Of a DNA stretch of 64,000 nt, positions 18,415 to 28,659 are shown in pieces. The stretch lies in NCBI GenBank assembly GCA_947495975.1, contig CANMBE010000006.1, positions 951 through 64,950 on the forward strand, in the 5' to 3' direction. The notes beneath the pieces are model-generated. The model ran no database searches and had not been told where the DNA came from. It saw only the letters and a list, made by a program, of their open reading frames with translations. Position numbers and translations under genes: made by a program. Position 1 is the first letter of the stretch. Each line of letters starts with the position of its first letter. The DNA comes from Ignavibacteria bacterium. Lineage in GTDB: Bacteria; Bacteroidota; Ignavibacteria; Kapaibacteriales; Kapaibacteriaceae.

Positions 18415-20988
18415 TTGTCTATGACACGTACCCTTATATCTGCAACCTTAATTTTAGCAGTTGCCACGGTCTCTGCGGTTACAGGATTCGCACAATCAGC
18501 AGTTGATGCTCGTCTCTTGTTTACCCCAAGGCAGGTTACGAAAGATTCACCGAGTGCTCAGCAGAATGGTTTCATTCGCCCAATGATACTTCAGCACACA
18601 GTTGCACGTTCTGTGTTTGAAGCATCGAGTAAGAAATTGACGCTGTCAAATTTCCCGCTACCTGAAAACACAAGTTCAACGCTTGTCCTTGAGCGCACGC
18701 GTGCGGTTGTTGACGCAAACACAGAGTTCATAACACATACAAAGTCAGGTAGAGTTGCGTTTAAGGTTCGCCCTGTTATCTCATATCGTGGCACTGTGAA
18801 CAACGATCCAACGTCTGTGGTCTCTCTTCACTACAGTGAGGGTAACATCACAGGTTACGTGCAGATGTCAACCGGCAAGAAGACGTTGATTGGTCGGGAC
18901 TACAGCGTGGCTCGATCGGCCCAAGGCACTGCGCATATGATTGCCGATGAGGCAACAATGTTAGGTCAAGATCCGCTTGCGCGATTTGTCTGTGCCAATG
19001 AAGATCTGCCAACAGACCCAGAAACGGTTGTGCGATTAATGTCTATACCTCCAATGGCAAAGTCTACAGCTAAGTCTGTTGAACAAGGTCAAGCAGATTA
19101 TCTTAGAGAATTCAAACTGGCGATTGTGTTGCGCGAAGACTTAGATAGCATCATGAAGCGCCGCGGGGATACGGACGAGGAGGTTGCTCAATACTTCGTG
19201 AAGATAATTGCTGGTGTTTCCCAGGCATACGAACAGGAGCTTGACGCCACGATCTACATAACACTTTTCGAAAAGTATACTACAGATGAGGCTTCTGGTT
19301 ACTTCTACGATGGTAAAGATGTGCCGAAACTGAAAGAAGAGTTTGCTCGAGATTGGTCCTCTTCAAGAAATAGCGTTGATCGTTCTATCGCACACTTGTT
19401 TACGCTCTATCTCCCAGGTGGCAGTAACGTTCTTGGAATTGGAACGATTGCTTCCATGTGTAATAAAAAATATGCTGGTGGATATAGTGTGTCTGCAGCA
19501 TTCACAAATGCATCACAAATTCCCGGTGATCCCAAGCGATCAAATGGCTACGTTTCTGACCTCGAAGTAGTCGCACATGAACTCGGCCATGATGTTGGCG
19601 CGCTGCACACGCATAACTGCTATTGGAGTCCGCCTATAGATACGTGCATGCTTCAGTCCGATGGCACGGACGGTTGCTTCAACAATCCTGCTCTTAGGCA
19701 TATTGTCCCCGGCACAATCATGAGCTATTGCGAAGACGTGAACGGGAGCAATAAGCCCCTTACTTTTGGCGATCGTGTGGCTGACCGCATGCGAGGTTGG
19801 ATGGCTGCAGCAGATTGCAATCTTCTTGTTACACGTCCAGATATTCACATCACAGAGCCGCGTGGATCTACCATCTACAACTTGGGCGAGCTCATGCCTA
19901 TTCGGTGGGTTTCTGCACGTGTTGCTGCGGTGAATATTAGTTGGGGTGGGACGGCCACTGGTCCGTGGACGGCAATTGCATCGAATGTTGATGCCGCTAG
20001 CAGGTCATACTTGTGGACCATACCGGCATTGCCTGTCACCACTTTCTGGATTCGTGTTGAAGGCTCAACAGAGCCAGAAGCGCATGACACATCAATAGCG
20101 AGTTACCGCCTCAACGTTCCTGTTGTGCTTGATGCGCCAAAAGGTGGCGAGCGACTTGGACAAGGTTCTACGTTCTCAATTCGTTGGACGAAGGGCTCTG
20201 GCGTTGGCAATGTGAAGCTTGAATACGCTCCTGATGCCACGTCCTACGAAGTACTTCTAGAATCATCAAGCGCAACATCTCACAATTGGGTTGTGCCTAA
20301 TGTAGCAACTGACATCGCAAAAATTCGCGTTTCAGCTGTGAGTGCACCTGATGCAGTATCAACGAGTGGTACCTTTACAATAGGCGCACCACGTTTTGCT
20401 CTTGAACTCCCCGGTGAGGGCGGTGCACTGTGTAAGAATCAATTGAACCAGTTCCGTTGGAGTGCTGATTTTATCCCGAACATTCGGATTCAGTACTCTA
20501 CAGATAACGGGGCCAACTGGCGCACAGCAACGCAACAATCAACGTTGGATGTAACCATCGGACAAATCTTTAGCCGCAACGTGAATATGAACAGTGTTCC
20601 GGCAGGAACAAAAGTCAAACTTCGTGTCATTGATGCAGTGACCGAAGCTGTTCTGGCTACACGCGATAGTCTACTCATTGACTCATGTAATGCAGCGGTT
20701 TCAGTTGATGAACAAGAAACAGATTTGCCGTTCGCAATTACGTCCGTTTCTCCAAACCCAGCTTCGTCTGTTGTTCGGCTTGGATTGAGTGCAACATCGC
20801 AAACGCAATGTGACGTAGTTCTTATCTCTGTGGATGGCCGAGAACTTTCATTGCGATCAGGATGTACTCTTAGCACGGGCTCATCAATATTGGAAGTGTC
20901 ATTGAATGACGTTGCACCTGGCTCATATCGTATTGCAATACGCCATGGTAGTATTCAGGTGATTGCTCCTCTTGTGATCGTTCGATAA
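18415..20988 (+). CDS. Paralogous metzincin metalloprotease with T9SS C-terminal sorting domain (tandem duplicate)
   Basis: 857 aa; colinear with the upstream gene at roughly 60-65% identity by eye; VVAHELGHDVGALHTHNCYW. Confidence 0.75.
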   Translation: MSMTRTLISATLILAVATVSAVTGFAQSAVDARLLFTPRQVTKDSPSAQQNGFIRPMILQHTVARSVFEASSKKLTLSNFPLPENTSSTLVLERTRAVVDANTEFITHTKSGRVAFKVRPVISYRGTVNNDPTSVVSLHYSEGNITGYVQMSTGKKTLIGRDYSVARSAQGTAHMIADEATMLGQDPLARFVCANEDLPTDPETVVRLMSIPPMAKSTAKSVEQGQADYLREFKLAIVLREDLDSIMKRRGDTDEEVAQYFVKIIAGVSQAYEQELDATIYITLFEKYTTDEASGYFYDGKDVPKLKEEFARDWSSSRNSVDRSIAHLFTLYLPGGSNVLGIGTIASMCNKKYAGGYSVSAAFTNASQIPGDPKRSNGYVSDLEVVAHELGHDVGALHTHNCYWSPPIDTCMLQSDGTDGCFNNPALRHIVPGTIMSYCEDVNGSNKPLTFGDRVADRMRGWMAAADCNLLVTRPDIHITEPRGSTIYNLGELMPIRWVSARVAAVNISWGGTATGPWTAIASNVDAASRSYLWTIPALPVTTFWIRVEGSTEPEAHDTSIASYRLNVPVVLDAPKGGERLGQGSTFSIRWTKGSGVGNVKLEYAPDATSYEVLLESSSATSHNWVVPNVATDIAKIRVSAVSAPDAVSTSGTFTIGAPRFALELPGEGGALCKNQLNQFRWSADFIPNIRIQYSTDNGANWRTATQQSTLDVTIGQIFSRNVNMNSVPAGTKVKLRVIDAVTEAVLATRDSLLIDSCNAAVSVDEQETDLPFAITSVSPNPASSVVRLGLSATSQTQCDVVLISVDGRELSLRSGCTLSTGSSILEVSLNDVAPGSYRIAIRHGSIQVIAPLVIVR

Positions 20989-21006
20989 AACTGGAGCTGG
21001 GACCTT

Positions 21007-21909
21007 ATGAGTGTGCTTACGAAGTTCGTTGTTCTAGGGCTCCCGCTTATTCCGAAAAGCATTGTTCGACTTGTGGCTCAGCGATATATCGCTGGGCCAC
21101 ACCTCGTTGATGCCGTGCGCATTACGAAGGACCTCATGTCTCTTGGTGCTTCCTCCACGATTGACGTGCTGGGTGAATTTGTTTCGTCGCGAGAACGCGC
21201 AGTGTTAGAGACAACAACGCAGGCATCCGTTATTGATGCAATCCACTCCAATTCATTGGCATCATACCTAAGTGTAAAGCTTACATCACTTGGTCTAGAC
21301 ATTGATCTTGATTTTGCATATCAGAATATTTCCTCACTAGTGAAGAAGGCCGCGTCAGTAGGAGTCTTTGTTCGCATGGATATGGAGAACACGCCTTATA
21401 CCGATGTTACTCTCGACTTTTACCGCCGCCTTCGCCGTGATGGCCACAACAATGTTGGTGTAGTGATTCAAGCGTATTTGCGACGCTCTGAATCTGATGT
21501 GCTTTCTCTCCTTGCGTATGAACCTTCCGTGCGGCTTTGCAAGGGTATCTACGTTGAGAGTGAGGAACATGCCTTTAAGGAGCCGGACGAAATTCGAAAC
21601 AGCTTTACGTCGCTGCTTCGAATATTGCTCTCCGGTAAGGGGCGCACCCATATCGCTACACATGACGAGTCATTGATTGTTAACGCGGAGAGCCTCATCC
21701 GAGAGGACAAGCAGCCAACGTCCAAATATGAATTCGAAATGTTGCTCGGCGTCCGTGAGGACAGACGCAACGCACTCATCGGTAATGGACATGCAGTGCG
21801 TGTCTATGTACCATTTGGTGAAGACTGGTACGGCTACTCAACGCGTCGGCTCAAGGAAAATCCGCAAGTAGCGGGCTACATTGCGAAGGCATTATTTACA
21901 GGGCGATAG
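21007..21909 (+). CDS. Proline dehydrogenase (monofunctional PutA-like)
   Basis: VRLCKGIY, FEMLLGV and YVPFGEDWYGYSTRRLKENP match ProDH C-terminal signatures. Confidence 0.75.
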   Translation: MSVLTKFVVLGLPLIPKSIVRLVAQRYIAGPHLVDAVRITKDLMSLGASSTIDVLGEFVSSRERAVLETTTQASVIDAIHSNSLASYLSVKLTSLGLDIDLDFAYQNISSLVKKAASVGVFVRMDMENTPYTDVTLDFYRRLRRDGHNNVGVVIQAYLRRSESDVLSLLAYEPSVRLCKGIYVESEEHAFKEPDEIRNSFTSLLRILLSGKGRTHIATHDESLIVNAESLIREDKQPTSKYEFEMLLGVREDRRNALIGNGHAVRVYVPFGEDWYGYSTRRLKENPQVAGYIAKALFTGR

Positions 21910-21910
21910 A

Positions 21911-22792
21911 ATGCGGATATTCATACGTTTAACAATCGCTTTGACCACGCTCATTATTGTTGCGTGTCAATCGCCGCAAGGATCGCCAGATACAACGGTG
22001 ACTGTAGGCACGTTCAATATAGAATGGCTTGGTGATGGCCTCGATGACAAAAAGCCTCGTACCGATCAGGAATGCCTGCTTATAGCCGATGTAATAGCTC
22101 GCTCTGGTGCTGATGTTTTAGGCGTACAAGAGATTGAAAATGAAGGGGCGCTGCGTAGAGTGCTTCGGTACCTGCAAAGCTATGATGGCTTTGTTGTTGA
22201 TGCGGGCATCAAACAAAACGTAGGCGTGATTTATCGTAGGGGCGTTGATGTTTCGAAGAGTGGCGTTTTTGAGCCCCTTGCCCTTGGTAGATCTGGAATG
22301 CGCCCAGGGCTTGTGTTGAGTTGTAAGAAGGGTGCCTTTGACTGGACGATGATGGTGGTGCACCTAAAAAGCACGTCGCGTTATGATAGCACCAATCAAA
22401 TGCGCGATGAATCTCGCGTCATGCGAAGTAGACAAATAGAAATATTGCGCTCGTGGTCGGATTCGCTGATTGCACGTGGACCGGAGAAAGACATCATGAT
22501 CGTAGGAGACTTCAATGACTTTACATCTCGGCGTCAGCAAGCAACTCTAACGGCCTTGCTTGAAAGCGACAACATGGCGTTCCTCACTGGGTTGCTCAAG
22601 AGCTGCAAGAACGAACAGTGGACAACAATCGATCAAGTTGTTGTGTCCAAGAGTGCGAGAGACAGAATGATTAAAGGATCGGAACGAGTTGAGGATATTC
22701 GTTCGTTCCTGAAGGATAACATGGCAGATGCAGTGAGTGATCATTGTCCAGTGCTGGTGCGATTTAGTACCATCGGACCAGATAACGACTAA
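21911..22792 (+). CDS. Endonuclease/exonuclease/phosphatase (EEP) family lipoprotein
   Basis: Lipoprotein signal LIIVAC; EEP motifs GTFNIEW, VLGVQEI, GDFND, SDHCPV. Confidence 0.7.
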   Translation: MRIFIRLTIALTTLIIVACQSPQGSPDTTVTVGTFNIEWLGDGLDDKKPRTDQECLLIADVIARSGADVLGVQEIENEGALRRVLRYLQSYDGFVVDAGIKQNVGVIYRRGVDVSKSGVFEPLALGRSGMRPGLVLSCKKGAFDWTMMVVHLKSTSRYDSTNQMRDESRVMRSRQIEILRSWSDSLIARGPEKDIMIVGDFNDFTSRRQQATLTALLESDNMAFLTGLLKSCKNEQWTTIDQVVVSKSARDRMIKGSERVEDIRSFLKDNMADAVSDHCPVLVRFSTIGPDND

Positions 22793-25206
22793 GCGAATAC
22801 CGTAACCTTGTTGCCTGCTCGTTTGCTAACATCAAGTGCAGCGTTAGTATGCGCAATGAGATCATCCCACGTATCTCGTGGTTCCGACTGCGCAATCCCA
22901 ATAGACACGGTGAACGACAATCGCTTGGCATCGATATCAACTGGAGTGCTTGCGATCTCTCGGCGCATGGTCTCTGTCCAATTTTGCGCTTCCTGCAGAC
23001 GGTATCCAACAAGGCCTAGCGCAAGCTGATCAATATCAAGGCGAGCTATAATGTCATACTCTCGAAGCTGCCCCTTCACCATTCGTAGCACATGTAAGAT
23101 TGCTCGCTCGCGTTGCTCTTCCGTTGTTCGAGATGGATCAAGATGGAGCATGCACAACGTGAGTGGAAGATTGTAGTCCACAGCGCGAGCAAACTCTTCC
23201 CGAACACGCATCTCAAAGCCCTGGGTATTGAGCACTCCCGTTGCGTGATCGAGCAATGCAGACCCCTGCAAGTTCTCAGCAGTACGAAGATGGTCGAGAA
23301 GTGGACCTGCAAGTTCACCAAGCACTTCAACAAGCGCAATGTCTTGGTGCGAAAGTGTGGACTCTAGATTTTCTAGGAAGAGTGCGCCATATGATTCTGT
23401 TGCTGTGCATATCGGAACGGCAACAAATTGTCCTTGTTCGATGCGGGCCTCTGTGGTCATCACTCGAATGCCGTTGTATTCTTCTGAATGCACAACTGTG
23501 GTTGCAGAGTTTATAGCGTGCCCAACTGCGGAAGTTGCAAGATCAACAATTTGCCCAACATGAGAGCGGTAGCCATCATCCATTGCAGAGCGAGCATCGG
23601 TAAGCGTCCATGCTCTTTGAGTAGCGTCAAAGCTGACAACTCCAACACGGCTTATATCCATCTGCTGAATGAGCGTAGCAAACAACGCACGCGTAATCTG
23701 AAGCACGTTTGTTGGTACACCGCCTAGATGATCGCGAAAATTCTTTGTGGCATCTAGTGTAGCCGAGGCATGCATGAGATCGAATTTGGACGTGTATGAA
23801 GATACAAGTCCAGATATAAGTTTTGTGAATTGACCAAAGAAACCAACGGTGATGTCGGAGTAGGCATCTTCGATAAGAGAGTCGGCACAAAGTATTCCTA
23901 CAACATTGCCACCGTAATACACCGGCACGCCGATGAATGACATTGTCTGCGCATGGCGGTTGTAGTAAGGCAATAAATCAAGCTCGGCAGAAGAGCTGAT
24001 CTGCGTGATGATCTCGGGCCGGCCTTCACGTGCAATCTGGCTGAGTGCATCATATCCCATAGGGATCTTGCGCTCTGTAGTAAACTCTGCTTCTGCTTCC
24101 GTGATCTTTGCTTCGAGTACGAGTTGCTGGCGCTCGCTATTGACCCAAAAAAACGCTGCCGTACGCGCATTTGTCACAGACCGAATCACCATGAGTACAC
24201 GGTTAAGAAGATGGTCAAACTCACGTCGCGGCTCCTGTGACGTAAGATCTTCGTCTGCCTCGTCGTTTACAAATGTTGATAGAGACACCGCAGGTGAGCG
24301 CCGAGTAACCTCGCGTGCAACATGAACAGTGTTCGCAACAAGTTCCGGCTCGGGTTCCGATTCAACATCACCAATGAAGTCATCAGCACCTTCATCTACA
24401 ACGTCATTTTCAATCGTTGTTTCTACGACAGGCTCCGGTGTCTCAATCGAATTCGCTGCCTCAACAATCTCCTCGCCTGTTGCTTCTACCGCTTCTTCCA
24501 TTGGTGTATCAGGCTCAACACGTATGGGCTTCACACGTGATAGGGGGCGAACAATAACATCATCTGAAAGCTGAATCTCATTCGTAACGGGACCAGTAAT
24601 GACTGCCGTTGATGATGAGAAAACAACCTGTTCTGACTCTGCTTTTTGCGCCAGTTCCGCTTGGTCTTTACGAATCCGCTCTTGCCGCATTTCACTTACA
24701 AGCCTTGGAGGCGCAGTCTTCGTTCCTGATTTGGTACCAAGAATCCTGATTCCCGATTCACTGTCCAAATGATCAATAAACTTTTGCTCGACAATATTTT
24801 CACGAAGAGCTACGGGCTTCCGCACAAGTTCTGCCTGACCATCAAAGAGGTCGATTTGATTCTCGTCAACAAACAGCGACTCATCAGATTCTGATATTCC
24901 AAATGACTCGCGGTAGGCCTCGGGATCAAACGTTTGTGATCTCTTCTGCCCATCTTGCACCGTGCGCGAACCTAGGTCGGGCATCTGCGACGGCCTCACA
25001 GGCGCAATAATTTGCAAGTCTGTAAGCCGAGGCGACACGATCATGAAGAGTGCCACACCACCAAGCACCGTAATGCAAATCCCAATGAGACGTACAGACA
25101 TCTCATCGAGGAAGAGTGCTATAAAGAGACCAATGACGATCACAAGGAACGCTATTGAGTCGCTAGGTTGGAAGACCTTGCGTAGGTCTACCTTTTGTTT
25201 CGTCAT
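22789..25206 (-). CDS. Membrane-anchored signalling protein: 2 TM helices, acidic low-complexity linker, two GAF domains, C-terminal GGDEF domain with degenerate active site (LDIDQ in place of GG[DE]EF) but intact RxxD I-site
   Basis: 805 aa; DHATGVLNTQGF ... LREYDIIARLDIDQL ... TVSIGIA ... AALDVSKRAGNKV align to the GGDEF fold. Confidence 0.7.
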   Translation of the reverse strand: MTKQKVDLRKVFQPSDSIAFLVIVIGLFIALFLDEMSVRLIGICITVLGGVALFMIVSPRLTDLQIIAPVRPSQMPDLGSRTVQDGQKRSQTFDPEAYRESFGISESDESLFVDENQIDLFDGQAELVRKPVALRENIVEQKFIDHLDSESGIRILGTKSGTKTAPPRLVSEMRQERIRKDQAELAQKAESEQVVFSSSTAVITGPVTNEIQLSDDVIVRPLSRVKPIRVEPDTPMEEAVEATGEEIVEAANSIETPEPVVETTIENDVVDEGADDFIGDVESEPEPELVANTVHVAREVTRRSPAVSLSTFVNDEADEDLTSQEPRREFDHLLNRVLMVIRSVTNARTAAFFWVNSERQQLVLEAKITEAEAEFTTERKIPMGYDALSQIAREGRPEIITQISSSAELDLLPYYNRHAQTMSFIGVPVYYGGNVVGILCADSLIEDAYSDITVGFFGQFTKLISGLVSSYTSKFDLMHASATLDATKNFRDHLGGVPTNVLQITRALFATLIQQMDISRVGVVSFDATQRAWTLTDARSAMDDGYRSHVGQIVDLATSAVGHAINSATTVVHSEEYNGIRVMTTEARIEQGQFVAVPICTATESYGALFLENLESTLSHQDIALVEVLGELAGPLLDHLRTAENLQGSALLDHATGVLNTQGFEMRVREEFARAVDYNLPLTLCMLHLDPSRTTEEQRERAILHVLRMVKGQLREYDIIARLDIDQLALGLVGYRLQEAQNWTETMRREIASTPVDIDAKRLSFTVSIGIAQSEPRDTWDDLIAHTNAALDVSKRAGNKVTVFA

Positions 25207-25211
25207 AATTG

Positions 25212-25673
25212 TTACGGCAACAGTTCGATTTCATAACGCACAGTCTGATTCTGCGACACCGTGTTTCGCTCACCCTTCGGTGAAACAACGGTTGCTGCCA
25301 CATGCATCGTAATCGCGTTTTTTTTTGAGATTGTATAGCCCCCTTCAACGTTGAGGAGGGATTGAGACGTTCCAGTTATCGATGATGAGTTAACCTTCAC
25401 AGAGAACGGCGCATTCTTTGGAAGAGAGCGAACAGAGAGCACGTTCTTTGTGTATGCATGAGTGCTATGCGTTTCAGCTCGTGCAGTATCTGGTCCAGCT
25501 TCTAGATATTGCCGGACACGATAGTGCAACTCATCACCCTTCTTATAGCGAAGTGCAAACGAATCAATCTTTGCTTCCGTGCTGAGTTTTGCTGTTTCTC
25601 GTGGTGACTCATTGCCAGTGCAGGCTGTAAGAGAAATGGCAAGGCTTACCGCAAAGAGGTACCGAACTACCAT
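25212..25673 (-). CDS. Small lipoprotein
   Basis: MVVRYLFAVSLAISLTAC lipobox; 6-nt gap to the degenerate-GGDEF gene. Confidence 0.45.
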   Translation of the reverse strand: MVVRYLFAVSLAISLTACTGNESPRETAKLSTEAKIDSFALRYKKGDELHYRVRQYLEAGPDTARAETHSTHAYTKNVLSVRSLPKNAPFSVKVNSSSITGTSQSLLNVEGGYTISKKNAITMHVAATVVSPKGERNTVSQNQTVRYEIELLP

Positions 25674-26644
25674 TGATACTGACCCATGAGTTTCCACCGT
25701 GTAGTGGTTGTGGCAAGTTGGTTAAAGACTTCATTGCGAACTGAAGCGCGGAACCATGATTTTGTAATTGTTGTGAGTTCGTTGATCGTTCCACTCGTAG
25801 AAAGCATGAGAACGTTGTCAACTACCGCACCACCATCTTGCACCACGGCTATATATGGGATGTCATAGACATGAATCTTTTGATTTTTGCGAGCAGGTAT
25901 TGAGTCTTTTGTGATGAGCGAATAAAGCCCGCCAGTATAGGAGGCAAGACGTGATGTTGCCTTTCCCTCATACACTGCACCATCAATTCGTGTGGTGAGA
26001 CTGTGTTCCCAGGTTGAATCAACACCTTTACGAAGTCCTGGGATAACTCTCTTTTGGAGATCGCCGTATTGAAGTAGATTCTCACGATCAATGGACTGCA
26101 TCCAGATTGTGTACACCACCGTATCGAGATCTGCCGAGTTTTGCATGAGGTAGTCGCGCCAAAAGTCTACTTGCTCACCCGACACTTTGGTTGCCTCGCC
26201 ATATGGACTAACGGTAAGCTCAAACGTGCGATTCAGTGGTCCAATGTAGTTGTTGAGATCGGCAAAGTTTTTTGGCGTGATATCTTTCTGCGAATCGTAT
26301 GTGATGTCTGCACCAGCGGCTCTAAACATATACTTCAACGAATCAACGTTTACAACCAACTTGGCAATTCCGTCCATGGATTCAATACAGCGAATAGTCA
26401 CAAAGTACGTGACCGTGCGCCCGTAGGTTTTTTTGGAGGAGTCGCTATGTGTTCGCTCCACCGTGGACTGCTCAACAACCTCGTAATTCTGTGCTATGCC
26501 GGCACGATACAGAGCTTGTAGCCGATACTCTCGTTCAACTGGAGGAGCGCCTGTTTTCTGCGCGTTCATTGTGCCAACCAAGCACAGGAACGAGAGGGCA
26601 ATGATGAGGGTGTTTTGGATTGTCATAGAAGTGCGTTTAGTCAT
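25667..26644 (-). CDS. Secreted hypothetical protein, first gene of a putative 3-gene operon
   Basis: 325 aa; signal peptide LIIALSFLCLVGTMNAQ; tight junction with the downstream lipoprotein gene. Confidence 0.5.
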   Translation of the reverse strand: MTKRTSMTIQNTLIIALSFLCLVGTMNAQKTGAPPVEREYRLQALYRAGIAQNYEVVEQSTVERTHSDSSKKTYGRTVTYFVTIRCIESMDGIAKLVVNVDSLKYMFRAAGADITYDSQKDITPKNFADLNNYIGPLNRTFELTVSPYGEATKVSGEQVDFWRDYLMQNSADLDTVVYTIWMQSIDRENLLQYGDLQKRVIPGLRKGVDSTWEHSLTTRIDGAVYEGKATSRLASYTGGLYSLITKDSIPARKNQKIHVYDIPYIAVVQDGGAVVDNVLMLSTSGTINELTTITKSWFRASVRNEVFNQLATTTTRWKLMGQYQW

Positions 26645-26739
26645 GGAAATCTACCACAAAACGTTCACAAACGAGAAGAGGGCGGATAGCCGCCCTCTTT
26701 GTAGAACACCAGACGTGTTCACACGTTTCGTGTTGTGAC

Positions 26740-27162
26740 TTAGGCGTTGTTAATCAGTTCGCTTTCCGCAAAGAAAAAGGCTACTTCGTTCAGCCCATTT
26801 TCTACGGAATCAGAGCCATGAACGGCGTTTTCGCCCTTGCTCGTAGCATATGCACGGCGGATGGTTCCTTCGGCGGCTTCTGCGGGATCCGTTGCACCGA
26901 TCAATGTGCGCCAGTCAGCAATTGCATTTTCTTTTTCGAGGGCAATTGGCACAATAGCACCGCTCGACATAAAATTCACAAGCTCGCCGTAAAATGGGCG
27001 CTCCTTGTGGACAGCGTAGAATGCGCCAGCCACATCAGATGAAATGCGAGTGAGCTTCATTCCTAGAATGCGGAAGCCTGCCGCTTGAATCATCGCAACA
27101 ATGTTGCCGATGTTGTTGTTGCGGACGCCGTCCGGCTTAATAATACAGAGTGTACGTTCCAT
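26740..27162 (-). CDS. ndk: Nucleoside diphosphate kinase
   Basis: [13 protein letters not shown]...NAVHGSDS motifs. Confidence 0.9.
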   Translation of the reverse strand: MERTLCIIKPDGVRNNNIGNIVAMIQAAGFRILGMKLTRISSDVAGAFYAVHKERPFYGELVNFMSSGAIVPIALEKENAIADWRTLIGATDPAEAAEGTIRRAYATSKGENAVHGSDSVENGLNEVAFFFAESELINNA

Positions 27163-27185
27163 AGCTTCAGTGTTGTGATTTGGAG

Positions 27186-28181
27186 TTACTTCGATGACTT
27201 CTTTGAGGTTGCCTTTTTGGCAGTTGCCTTCTTACCGACTAATTTTTTTACTGATGGCTTTGAAGATGTTTTTGAAGGGGCTTTCCCAGATAACACCTGC
27301 TTCATCGTGATGCCGATTGTTGCTGGCGATTCAACCACAGTGATTCCACACGCGCGCATGGTGGCCATCTTGTCTGCAGCAGTTCCTTTGCCACCGGAAA
27401 TAATTGCGCCAGCGTGACCCATGCGGCGGCCAGGCGGGGCTGTTTGACCGGCAATAAAGCCTACAACAGGCTTCTTTACGTGCTTCTTGATGTATTCTGC
27501 AGCTTCTTCTTCTGCGCTGCCACCAATTTCGCCGATCATCACGATAGCTTTAGTCTTGGGGTCATCGTTGAATAGCTTGATCGCATCAATGAAGCGAGTG
27601 CCTACGATTGGATCGCCCCCTATACCGATACACGTCGTTTGACCCAGACCAACATCTGAAAGTTGTCGAACAGCTTCATATGTGAGCGTGCCCGAGCGCG
27701 ACACGAGTCCGATTGGACCTTGCGTGAAGATAAAACCAGGCATGATGCCGATTTTGCATTCACCGGGAGTGATGATGCCCGGACAGTTTGGTCCGATGAG
27801 TCGGGATGATGAACCTTCGAGAGCAGCTTGGACCGGAATCATATCACGAATTGGAATGCCTTCTGTGATACAAACGATAACCTCAATGCCAGCGCTGATA
27901 GACTCAAGTATCGCATCGGCCGCCATTGGTGCCGGCACAAAGATGATGGAAACGTCGCATCCCGTTGCGGCCTTTGCATCCGAAACAGTATTGAACACTG
28001 GAACTGGCCGAATAAAGATATCTTCACCCTTGCCGGAATACATTGTTCCACCCTTGCCCGGTGTAACACCACCAACGACGTTTGTGCCGTACTGCAACAT
28101 CTGCGAAGAATGGAAGGTGCCTTCGCTACCGGTTATGCCCTGAACGATGATCTTGGATTTTTTGTTTACGAGTACGCTCAT
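27186..28181 (-). CDS. sucD: Succinyl-CoA synthetase alpha subunit with a C-terminal extension of roughly 45 aa that is Lys/Ser/Thr/Ala-rich
   Basis: [24 protein letters not shown] ... GHAGAII match SucD; tail ...[33 protein letters not shown]. Confidence 0.85.
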   Translation of the reverse strand: MSVLVNKKSKIIVQGITGSEGTFHSSQMLQYGTNVVGGVTPGKGGTMYSGKGEDIFIRPVPVFNTVSDAKAATGCDVSIIFVPAPMAADAILESISAGIEVIVCITEGIPIRDMIPVQAALEGSSSRLIGPNCPGIITPGECKIGIMPGFIFTQGPIGLVSRSGTLTYEAVRQLSDVGLGQTTCIGIGGDPIVGTRFIDAIKLFNDDPKTKAIVMIGEIGGSAEEEAAEYIKKHVKKPVVGFIAGQTAPPGRRMGHAGAIISGGKGTAADKMATMRACGITVVESPATIGITMKQVLSGKAPSKTSSKPSVKKLVGKKATAKKATSKKSSK

Positions 28182-28246
28182 TTTATATGTCCTAAGTGGA
28201 ATAGAGCACAAATTTACGGACAAACCATCAATGGCAGGAGTTTCCA

Positions 28247-28654
28247 ATGGTTGAAATGAAGATGATATATGAAGGCGAGCTACGCTGCAGTGCTTCCCAC
28301 GGTCCCTCTGGGAAGACCCTCATTACTGATGCACCTATCGATAACCACGGAAAAGGAGAAAGTTTTTCGCCTACAGACCTACTGGCAACTGCTCTTGGAA
28401 CATGCATGCTTACCTACATTGGCCTTACCGCAGACAAACACGGATGGGATGTACGGGGCACCAAGCTCACCGTTAAGAAAGAAATGGTGGCAGACCCACT
28501 CCGGCGAGTCGGCAGGTTAATCATTGATATTGTGTTGAACGCCCATTACGATGACGGCCAGATCAAGATTATGACAACAGCAGTCACAATGTGCCCGGTG
28601 CGACTTAGCATATCAGAGCAGATACAGGTGTCGGTTACGTTTGTTCAACGCTGA
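28247..28654 (+). CDS. OsmC/Ohr family peroxiredoxin-like protein
   Basis: 135 aa; OsmC-like pattern [18 protein letters not shown] ... CPV. Confidence 0.7.
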   Translation: MVEMKMIYEGELRCSASHGPSGKTLITDAPIDNHGKGESFSPTDLLATALGTCMLTYIGLTADKHGWDVRGTKLTVKKEMVADPLRRVGRLIIDIVLNAHYDDGQIKIMTTAVTMCPVRLSISEQIQVSVTFVQR

Positions 28655-28659
28655 ACAAT

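Noticed and set aside
27682-28259. 153-aa and 143-aa plus-strand ORFs
   Set aside because: Antisense to sucD, which has unambiguous homology; shadow ORFs.
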